A stretch of DNA of 64,000 bases from Octopus sinensis (taxonomy: Eukaryota), in NCBI RefSeq assembly GCF_006345805.1, contig NC_043021.1:6014001-6078000 (forward strand). The letters run 5' to 3'. The notes beneath the pieces were generated by a model. The model was given only the letters and a program-made list of their open reading frames with translations, was not told the origin of the DNA and made no database searches. The translations under genes were made by a program, and so were the position numbers. This document shows positions 38,107-50,141 of the stretch, piece by piece; positions within the stretch are counted from its first letter, which is position 1, and each line of letters starts with the position of its first letter.

Positions 38107-39993
38107 TGTATGTATGTATGTATAAGTGTATACACATCTATAATGATAAATGCCAAAATGAATTTCTGTGTGTCAGTGTGTCATGCTTTGACCCCCGCCT
38201 CACTATTCAGTGACACTCCTACTATTCCTCATGCTGGGGTGAGAGAAATAGTAGGCATAAAGATAGTGAGGGTGGTAGTAGACTGACAGTTGTGATGGTA
38301 ATGGGGTGATAGTAGTAGTATGAGTTGTAGTTGTGATAGAGGCGGAGGTGATGGTGATGATGGTGGTGGTGGTGGTGGTGGTAGCCAAGGCAGTCAGAGA
38401 TGATGGTGACAGTAATTGATGTGAAAGAGAGTGGTGATGGTGATGGAGGGGAAGGTGACAACTTGAAAGGTATTGATGGCGGTGGCATCAGAAGTCTGAA
38501 TGGTGTATGTATGGCAGTTGTGGTGGTACTAGTGATGGTGATGGTTGGAAATAATCAACAGAAAGAGAGAGGTTAGACAGAAAAAAAGTTGTACTGATTC
38601 CCGAATGGGAAGACGAAAAACATTGTTTATCATGCAGCTTTGCAATAAGTTCCAAGTCGACAAATTATATCATTGTTTTGATGAAAATTGTTCGCTGCTT
38701 GAAAAATATTGTTCAAGTTTAATAAAATTTAATATGTGCTCAATGCATGAAGTGTCATTGCTGGGCCCCAAGCCTAATGAAGAGCCCTCCACAGGAGCTA
38801 GCTTAAAAGCTGCCCTTGTAAGCTACTATGTGTGTGTGTGGTGGGGGTGTATAATAATTAAAGTAACAGTAGTATTAATACCAGAAGGTAATATTTATCA
38901 CCACTTAGAAGTAGATATTGTGTTAGATCACAGACTACCGTGATAGCTACCCCGGGGGGGTGGGGGTGGCTATCACTAGGGTGAGAGAGTGGAAAAATAA
39001 GAGTATAATGGGAGAAACAGTAATTGAGGTGAAAAGACAATATAAGAATGAGCAATGAGAGACAACGTTGAGGACAGCAATAGAAAATGGTAATGACAGG
39101 AGTAGGGATAGAGAGGCAATGATGACAGATTTATGTAAGCTGATAACAGAGAGGGAGAGTGAGTGATGGCTGGCAGGACTGAAAGGGGTTGATGTTGGGA
39201 TGTATTGCATGTGAACAGAGTTGATGCAGACAATGTTGAGGACAGCAATAGAAAATGGTAATGACAGGAGTAGGGGTTGAGGGGCAATGATGACAGATAT
39301 ATGTTAGCTGATAACAGAGAGGGAGAGTGAGTGATGGCTGGCAGGACTGAAAGGGGTTGATGTTGGGATGTATTGCATGTGAACAGAGTTGATGCAGACA
39401 ATGTTGAGGACAGCAATAGAAAATGGTAATGACAGGAGTAGGGGTTGAGGGGCAATGATGACAGATATATGTCAGCTGATAACAGAGAGGGAGAGTGAGT
39501 GATGGCTGGCAGGACTGAAAGGGGTTGATGTTGGGATGTATTGCATGTGAACAGAGTTGATGCAACCCCTGATTACAAAAGCATGATAAGAGAGAGGTGG
39601 GAGAGGGAAAAAAAAGAGTGATAAGAATGGTAGTATGCAAATTAAATAAGGAGAGATCTAATGAATAGGAGGGGGCGTGGGGAGTGGGGAGAGAGTGAAT
39701 GAGAGATGAGAGGATGTGAAAGAGGCAGGGGCAGAAGTGTAAATGAGTCTGTTAAAAGAAATCCTTCAGAAAACTAAGGAAACCTGCTAAAACGGGTGTA
39801 CTTACATATGCAAGGTACTTAGCTCCGCGATCTGTTATAAAGTTTCCTGTAAGATTGAGTGAGATGAGTTTACATGCTTCGGAATTACCAATGGCCTGGG
39901 TAATATTGTAGAGAGATTGGTCTGTTATTCTGCAGTGTCTCAGAGATAGGAACTGAATGCTAGGAAAAAGATGTGGAAGAATCTCTGTAGAAT

Positions 39994-40045
<52 letters not shown>

Positions 40046-40321
40046 TAGATAGATATATTGCGGTTTCAAAGCGATGAAAATATTTTGAAAAATTAAATTT
40101 AAATGGTGAAGTGAATCTAACAGTTTTTGTGTGTTTCTTAAATGGCTTATAAACACCTTCCACACTGCAATTGTTGTCGTTCCAGCACATGATCTCAGAT
40201 CAGGTCACTTGCTATGCAAGTACATCTCCGTATATATAATATATATATACATATATATATATAATATATATATATATATACATATACACACACACACACA
40301 TATATATATAGATACATATAC

Positions 40322-40370
<49 letters not shown>

Positions 40371-40428
40371 CATATTACATATATACAAACACATATATAC
40401 ATATATATATATATACATATACACACAC

Positions 40429-40477
<49 letters not shown>

Positions 40478-40536
40478 CATATATACATATATACAAACAC
40501 ATATATACATATATATATATATACATATACACACAC

Positions 40537-40601
<65 letters not shown>

Positions 40602-42694
40602 ATACACATATACATATACACATACATATATACATACATATATACATATACATACATACATACATATATACAGTTGAAAAACAAAACAGAAGCTGAAGAC
40701 AGGTGTATGTACAACAAGCAAGTGTATTAGTTTGATGCTCGGGAAAGTGAGAAAGTCTTTTATGTTTTGAGCCTACGCTCTTCAACAGAAAGGAACAAGA
40801 GAAAATAAACAAAGAGAGAACATAACAACTTGTGAATTTAGTGATCACGCATGGTGGCTCCTCCACATGATTGGCTTGAAAAATTAAGATATTAAATGTT
40901 TTTTATTAAACATGAAACTAATAGTAGCCTTAATGCGCAAATAAAGAAATTCTATTCACCAATGGGATCTTTTCGGTTTGAACGGCAGTTTTTTAACATA
41001 ATTTCTCGGTAACTAAAAAATTTTAAACTTCGTATACTGGTAGAATGTGTTTATAAAACATTTTCTCTTGGCTTTCTTGAGAAAATTCTGTAGTTTGTAA
41101 CATATTTCGTCTTTAATATCTTGCATTTCGGCAATTTTAACCAATCAATGACCGTCTATTGAGGTGAAAGCATTCTGTGCCGTATGAATATGTCCCTCGT
41201 TTAAGAAACAGATTGGGTTTATTTACATTTGTGAAGAAAAAAAGATACCCTTCCCCCACCCCTAACCCTAAAAGAGATTGAAATGCAATAGATCGATACT
41301 AGGGTCATAATTATGGGTGACAATTTCATATGACACCGCTAGAAAAACTAGCGGTGTCATATGAAATTGTCACCCATAATTATGACCCTAGTATCGATCT
41401 ATTGCATTTCAATCTCTTTTAGGGTTAGGGGTGGGGGAAGGGTATCTTTTTTTCTTCACAAATGTAAATAAACCCACTCTTATTTTCTAGCAATATAGAT
41501 GTTTATTCAGCACCTTCAGTTACATTTAGTGATGTTTAAATTTTATAATAGAGAGAAAGGGGGGGGGGGCGGCGAAGGAGAGAGAGGGGGGAAAGTGAGA
41601 GTGAGAGAGAGCGAGAGAGATAGAAACAAAAAGGTAGATATAAACAGATAATGAGAGAGGTTATGATGAAAATCAGTAGCAAAAAAAACAAAAAAAAAAA
41701 CAAAACAAAACAAAAACAAGAAAAGAACAAAAATGGTCTCACTGGCTGTTTTTCTGCACCAGCATTCCATAATCAGAATATTTGATGTAGTTGGCATCAA
41801 TGCAGAGTTTCCTAGGTTACGCAAAATAAACAAGAAATATTTCATGCCATTAATTTCTCAGGTTATAAAAAAATTTCGGAAGAGAAATGGGAGGTGGGGT
41901 GGGGGGAAGAAAAGTAAGTAGGAGTGGCTGTGTGGTAAGTAGCTTGCTAACCAGCCACATGGTTCCGGGTTCAGTCCCACTGCGTGGCATCTTGGGCAAG
42001 TGTCTTCTGCTATAGGCCCAGACTGACCAATGCCTTGTGAGTGGATTTGGTAGACGGAAACTGAAAGAAGCCCGTCGTATATATGTATATATATGTGTGC
42101 GTGTATGTTTGTGTTTGTCCCCCTAGCATTGCTTGACAACTGATGCTGGTGTGTTTACGTCCCCGTCACTTAGCGGTTCGGCGAAAGAGACCGATAGAAT
42201 AAGTACTGGGCTTACAAAAAGAATAAGTCCCGGGGTCGATTTGCTCGACTAAAAAAGGCGGTGCTCCAGCATGGCCGCAGTCAAATGACTGAAACAAGTA
42301 AAAAGAGTAAAAAAAAAAAAAGAGTGTAAGGTTGGTGTGAGAGGTCAGATCTGACCAGTTTGACCACAAAAAACAGGTAGAATAGTTTGACCAGTTTAAA
42401 TGGTAAAGGACTAATTGCTGAGCCACCCAAACACATACAGCCACTGTATACCTTGATGCTAATTAAATTTAATAATCACTCTCTTTTTTACACTTTATTT
42501 ACTTGTTTCAGTCATTTGACTGCGGCCATGCTGGAGCACCGCCTTTAGTCAAGCATATCGACCCCGGGACTTATTCTTTGTAAGCCCAGTACTTATTCTA
42601 TCGGTCTCTTTTGCCGAACCGCTAAGTGACGGGGACGTAAACACACCAGCATCAGTTGTCAAGCAATGCTAGGGGGACCAATACAGACACACAT

Positions 42695-42727
<33 letters not shown>

Positions 42728-44412
42728 CATATATACGACAGGCTTCTTTCAGTTTCCGTCTACCAAATCCGCTCACAAAGCATTGGTCGGCCCGGGGCTA
42801 TAGCAGAAGACACTTGCCCAAGATGCCACGCAGTGGGACTGAACCCGGAACCATGTGGTTGGTTAGCAAGCTACTTACCACACAGCCACTTCTGCGCCTA
42901 TACAATATCATTCTAAAAATTAACAGTGACAAGGATGACCCTTTGAATTGAATTACAGGCACGACTCATTTTTGCCAGCTGAGTGGACTGGAATAATGTG
43001 AAATAAAGTGTTTTGCTCAAGGATATAATATGCGACCAGGAATTGAACTCACAACCTTAAGATTATGAGCTGAATATCCCTAACCACCAAACCACACAAG
43101 TCATGAACAGCAACGAGAACTACAGCATGATATATACATTTAAGTGGACTGTTGATAGTTAAGTGTCTTGGCTTTGGACAATATACAATAAACTGCCCCA
43201 TACTGTGTTACCTATATACAACTAGGTGCATTGAACACTTGACCATAATTTTTTTTTTTTAACGACCTCGAAAGTTTCAAAGGCAAGAGCGTGATCGTTG
43301 CCAGAGCAGCTAACTGGCTTCCGTGCCCGTGGCATGTAAAAAGCACCATTCGAGCTTGATCGTTACCAGCGTCACCCTACTGGCAATTGTGCCGGTGGCA
43401 TGTGAAAAAACATTCGAGCGAGGTTGTTGCCAGTGCCGCTGGACTGGCTCCTGTGCAGGTGGCATGTAAAAAACACCATTTGAGCGTGGCCATTGCCGGT
43501 ACCACGTGACTGGCCCTCGTGCCGCCGGCACGTAAAATCACTCACTACACTCTCAGATTGGTTGGCGTTAGGAAGGGCATCCAGCTGTAGAAACTCTGCC
43601 AGGTCAAGATTGGAGCCTGGTGCAGCCATCTGGTTTGCCAGTCCTCAGTCAAATCGTCCAGCCCATGCTAGCATGGAAAGCGGACGCTAAACGATGATGA
43701 TGATGATGATGATGATGATGGACAAAGTACAGTGAATTGTACCACACTGTGTTACCTCTTTATTACTGGCTGCACTCACCAGTTGATCATAAGTGTGTTG
43801 GTTATAAATACAGTACAGTGGACTGTAGTGGAGGCGCAATGGCCCAGTGGTTAGGGCAGCAGACTCGCGGTCATAGGATCGCGGTTTCGATTCCCAGACC
43901 GGGCGTTGTGAGTGTTTATTGAGCAAAAACACCTAAAAGCTCCACGAGGCTCCGGCAGGGGATGGTGGTGATCCCTGCTATACTCTTTCACCACAATTTT
44001 CTCTCACTCTTACTTCCTGTTTCTGTTGTACCTGTATTTCAAGGGGCCGGCCTTGTCACTCTCTGTGTCATGCTGAATATCCCCGAGAACTACGTTAAGG
44101 GTGCACGTGTCTGTGGAGTGCTCAGCCACTTACACGTTAATTTCACGAGCAGGCTGTTCCGTTGATTCGGATCAACCGGAACCCTCATCGTCGTAACCGA
44201 CGGAGTGCTTCCACTTCCACAAATAATTAAAATGTATAAAGTATTCTAACTTGGGTGGAAATCCTCCAAATGCAGTAGAAAAGATACAATTAAAATATTA
44301 AACTTTAATAGCAACAAAAACTTACTTGAGGTTACAACATCTGGGAAGAAAGGCCGCCAAAGTCTGTATGGAATCTTGATCAAGACCTGTGTCCCAAAGA
44401 CTGTCAAGTTGA

Positions 44413-44443
<31 letters not shown>

Positions 44444-44493
44444 AATATATATATACATACATACATGTATATATATATATATATAATACATAT

Positions 44494-44538
<45 letters not shown>

Positions 44539-44755
44539 TATATAAGTTAATCCAAACAAGAAAACAAAAACAAAAAAACAACAACGCAAGGACATGGAAG
44601 AAATAAAGTATTATTGGACGCTCAGGAAAGAAGGGAAGAAGGAGGGTTTGACGTTTCGAGCGGAGCTCTTCATCAGAAACATAGGAGAAGGAAAGATCCC
44701 GAGACGGGAAGACAGGGGAAAAAAAAGCGCTAGTGATACAGACGAGGTCACATAC

Positions 44756-44821
<66 letters not shown>

Positions 44822-46793
44822 GCAAATAAGAAAATGGAGGAGAACAATAGGGGGGTCATCAACTTTTAGACATTATATCATGTTAACTTATTTATATATT
44901 TACTAAACTGATAATTACAATAACATACATACATATAACGTATAACATATCATTCTTTACATATAAGATATAAGATATAAAATATAGTAATATATAAAGA
45001 TACCAGTAATTATTATAAAAAACATGAATATAAAATTGGTATATATATATACATAGTTATATTTCGAAATGGTCATTTTGCCAGTTTAGCCAATAAAAAC
45101 ACATGTACTATATATTTGGTGTTACTTTGCTTCAGTGTTATTTATTTTTTACATTAATCTTAATCTTATTTCGGCCAGAATTCTTTCGTCACACTCCTGT
45201 GACCACATCAATGGTCCTTTGTTTTCTTCTTTCTTATTTATTGGCTAAACTGGCAAAATGACCATTCCGAAATATAACAATATCTGTTTCAACACACGAC
45301 TTCACATAAAAAATCTTGCACAACAAATATATAAACGTATACATACATACATACACACATATATATATATATATGTATGTAAACATATACCCAACAGAAG
45401 AACCAACCATTTTAGTTAACAGCAGTATGGCAGATAAAGTAATTAAGAATATGAAGACCCAGAAAGCTTCTGATCCATCAGGAGTCACTGATGAGATGCT
45501 TAAAATATAATTAAGCTGTAAAATAAAGCTTTATGAATAAGTCTCCCTTGAACATCATGGAAAAATGAACATAGGCGCAGGAGTGGCTGTGTGGTAAGTA
45601 GCTTGCTTACAAACCACATGGTTCCGGCTTCGGCCCCACTGCGTGGAACCTTGGGCAAGTGTCTTCTACTATAGCCTTGGGCCGACCAAAGCCTTGTGAG
45701 TGGATTTGGTAGACGGAAACTGAAAGAAGCCCGTCGTATATATGTATATATATGTGTGCGTGTATGTTTGTGTTTGTCCCCCTAGCATTGCTTGACAACC
45801 GATGCTGGTGTGTTTACGTCCCCGTCACTTAGCGGTTCGGCAAAAGAGACCGATAGAATAAGTACTGGGCTTACAAAGAATAAGTCCTGGGGTCGAGTTG
45901 CTCGACTAAAGGCGGTGCTCCAGCATGGCCGCAGTCAAATGACTGAAACAAGTAAAAGAGTAAAGAGTATAAAATGAATGAACACACACACACATTCTAG
46001 TCAAAGTGAGTACCACTTTATTGTTGGTCAACGTAATAGATATAGCAATTAAATCTCCTTCAAATTCTTCCATAACTACTGGCTCCAGTGGTAGATGGTC
46101 ACTTTTGTTTAACCTCAACTCAACTTTGACCAAGGAGACCTATTATCAGATGCATTCTAGCCACAACCATCCCCACTTTTCCTGTGTCCAAGCTATGACT
46201 GGTCATCAATTCCCAGAATACAACAAACTTTGGACAGAACATCATGCATTGCTCTCTGCGAGTTACTCTGTATAATTAAAAACACAACATCACCTGACAA
46301 GATTTAATCTATCCATGGAGACCCAACATTTCTGAAATATCTTTAGGTATTTCTCATCAACTTTCCAACCTGTTAATAAGTAATTAAAGCAATTAAAGGG
46401 AGTCAGAGAAAATATGGTTTTAAATATTGGTCAAAACAATATACAGTAAAAATATAAACAAAAATAATTCAACTTTTTACATCAAACACAATGAAGACTA
46501 AAAAAACACCTTACAAAAATTTAATCTGATACACAGGTAGCCAGTGGCACGTAAAAGCACCCACTACACTCTCGGAGTGGTTGACGTTAGGAAGGGCATC
46601 CAGCTGTAGAAACTCTGCCAGATCAAGATTGGAGCCTGGTGCAGCCACCTAGTTCGCCAGCCCTCAGTCAAATCATCCAACCCATGCTAGCATGGAAAGC
46701 AGACGTTAAACGATGAATAATAATAATAACACAATAATAATAATAACAACAACATAATAATAATAATAATAATAATATAACAACAATAATAAC

Positions 46794-46830
<37 letters not shown>

Positions 46831-46893
46831 CAATAATATAATAATAATAATAATAATAACAACAATAATAACAATAATAATAATAATATAATA

Positions 46894-46936
<43 letters not shown>

Positions 46937-47010
46937 CAATAATAACAATAATAATAATAATATATAATAATAATATAATAATAATAACAACAATAATAAC
47001 AATAATAATA

Positions 47011-47063
<53 letters not shown>

Positions 47064-47074
47064 CAATAATAACA

Positions 47075-47118
<44 letters not shown>

Positions 47119-47140
47119 CAATAATAATAATAATAACAAC

Positions 47141-47184
<44 letters not shown>

Positions 47185-47387
47185 TAATAATAATGATAAT
47201 CTCAAGTTTTAAAACAAACATAATTTTTGTATGGTTTTTCAGGCATTCACTAGTACAACACTAAGTACAAAACCAAATATATGGCACCCTAGGCATAACA
47301 CCAACATGAACTTCCAACTTGTTGTCTCTTGAGGTCTCTGGGTGAGACTTGGAGCCAACTTGTACAAATATAAAGCAAAAGTCAAAC

Positions 47388-47454
<67 letters not shown>

Positions 47455-49069
47455 TAGGAATGATCAAGAAGGGAACCGAAAATTATATGAGAATGATCCC
47501 TGGCTTACCATCCCTGCAAGAAGTGCAAAAGATTGTCTTAACTGGTACATCACACGTATTGAGAAGAACATTGTTGATGTGAGAATTATTACTACCCATG
47601 TATTTTAATTTAACTTAAAAAAAAAAAAAATGAACGAACTATTGAGTTTAGTTTAATGGCCTACCAATGTATACTATGAGTTTCTTTGCCCTAGGAGTCG
47701 GGAAGACACTCGGCAAGAAATGGAAGCAAATTTGAAAGAAAAAAAAAAAATAATAAATGCCCTGATGAAGTACCACACAGTGGCTCTCATGGCTTCTGAT
47801 CTTAACTGATTGGAAGTGTTATCATGTACGTTGTTTTGTCTTGGTATAAAAGATGGGCTACAGCAAATATTTTGCTCAATTCCACAGATTTGCTTGTCAG
47901 TTGTTTGACCTTAACCAGTTGAGCATGTCCCTTAGTGGCTGACAATATGTACATCTCTGATCATGAGCAGAAGTAGTTGGGGAGCATCATAGCCATGTAT
48001 TGAAAGGGATTCTTTGGGGTTCGGATAATTCACCTCTGGAAACATGGGTGTTTCATTCAACATCCTAAAACAACCCTTATTCATGGGTTACTCGACCAGA
48101 AGAAAATTCTAACTGGGCAACATCTGCAAGGTCATGCGCTGTTTATCTTGATATGAGATCACCATGTCGTGCACACGTGGTTGTAATGCATGTTCCTAGT
48201 GTACCCTTTTCAGACGGGTAGTCATGATGGGTATACTGGGCTTCATATATTTTACCCCAGTGTCACTTTGATGGCATGCACTGCTCTCCCACTCAATAAT
48301 AATAATAATATAATAATAATAATAATAATAATAATGCCCTGATGCAGTACCAGGCAGTGGCTCTCATGGCTTCTGATCTTAACTGATTGGAAGTGTTATC
48401 ATGTACATTGTTTTGTCTTGGTATAAAAGATGGGCTACAGCAAATATTCTGCTCAATACCACAGATTTGCTTGTCAGTTGTTTGACCTTAACCAGTTGAG
48501 CATGTCCCTTAGTGGCTGACGATATGTGCATCTCTGATCATGAGCAGAAGTAGTGAGGGAGCATCATAGCCATGTGTTGAGAGGGATTCTTTGGGGTTTG
48601 AATAATTCACCTCTGGAAACATGGGTGGTTCTTTCAACATCCTTAAACAACCCTTATTCAGGGACCTTTTGAGCGGGATGGGCTACTCAACCTGAAGAAA
48701 ATTCTAACTGGGCCCCACCTGCAAGGTCATGTGCTGTTTATCTTGATATGAGATCACCATGTCGCGCACATATGGTTGTGATGCATGTGCCTGGTGTACC
48801 CTTATCAGACGGGTAGTCATGATGGGTATATTGGGCTTCGTATATTTTACTCCAGTGTCACTTTGATGGCATGCACTGCTCTCTCACTCAATAATAATAA
48901 TAATGATGATGATAATAATAATATTAATAATAATAATGATAATAACAACAACAACAACAACAACAACAACAATAATAACTATAACAACAACAATAATAAT
49001 AATAATAATAACAATAACAATAATAATAATAATAATAATAACAACAACAATAATAATAATAATAATAAC

Positions 49070-49125
<56 letters not shown>

Positions 49126-50067
49126 TAATAATAATAATAATGTTGTCATGGAATTTACCTCGAATATATACTTCCGACACAGTTTCAGGTTTCTCCTTAA
49201 CCTCTATTTCAATCTGGATTCGAGGCTTAAAATATTCATATCCTTCTCTTAAGATGAATGTTTTGGGTTTTGCCTCACCATTGTCTGAAAACAGAGAGTT
49301 ATTCATAAGTACGGCTCACTAAAAGGAGTCTCTATGAAGTTGTTAAACTGGCTAGAGATAGCAACCAAAATCTTCCCCAGAACAAATACTCTACTGCCTT
49401 TGCACATCAGATATCATATTCTTAGATACTCTGTGTCTGTGAAAGAAAAATTGCTTTGATCATAGATCTTCTCAAACAAGTCGAGCCTAGGGCTAAACAA
49501 CAGCAAGAACACTACAACAACCCACATCAATAATGTAGCCTTTACATCGTCACTTGACATGCTAGATATAACAGCCAAATTTCTCCTTGCTGTTATTTTA
49601 CATATATTTTACTATGGCCATGTGGTTAAGATGTTTGCAGCGTCTTGGGCAAGAATGTTCTACTGTAGCTTGTGGCTGATTAAATCTTTTTCAAAAATTT
49701 TGGTGAAAATCTTCGAAAAATTTTTGAAAAATTTTTGAAAAATTTTTGGGGAAAATTTCCAAAAAATTTTTCTAAAATTTTGGTGAAAATTTTCAAAAAT
49801 TTTGACGAAAAGTTTCAGAAATTTTGATCAAAATTTTCAAAAATTTTGAAAATTTTCAAAAAACTTTTCCAAAATTTCGATGAATATTTTCAGAAAAATT
49901 TTCAGAAATTTTGAAAAAACTTTTCAAAAATTTTGATGAAAATTTTGAGAAAAATTCTCAAAAATTTTGATGAAAGTTTTCAAAAATTTGCTTGACTAAA
50001 GGTAGTGCTCCAGCATGGCCACGACTGAAACAAGTAAAAAAGTAAAAGAGTATATATATATATATAC

Positions 50068-50141
<74 letters not shown>

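Noticed and set aside
39960-39984. Alternative acceptor extending LRRC71 exon 7
   Set aside because: It would start in phase 1, incompatible with the phase-2 end of exon 6.
43140-43215. Candidate LRRC71 exon ([12 protein letters not shown])
   Set aside because: There is no suitable GT donor and an in-frame stop upstream. The true exon 5 at 44326-44400 fits phase and homology.
45906-46275. [30 protein letters not shown] as a possible gene or LINE fragment
   Set aside because: I recognise no motif and found no phase-compatible splice sites linking it to either gene.
46668-47221. Long ORFs of poly-L/I/Y (also 22675-23003, 40131-40866, 48785-49322)
   Set aside because: These are translations of (AAT)n and (AT)n microsatellites, with no coding signal apart from the true exon 49159-49284.
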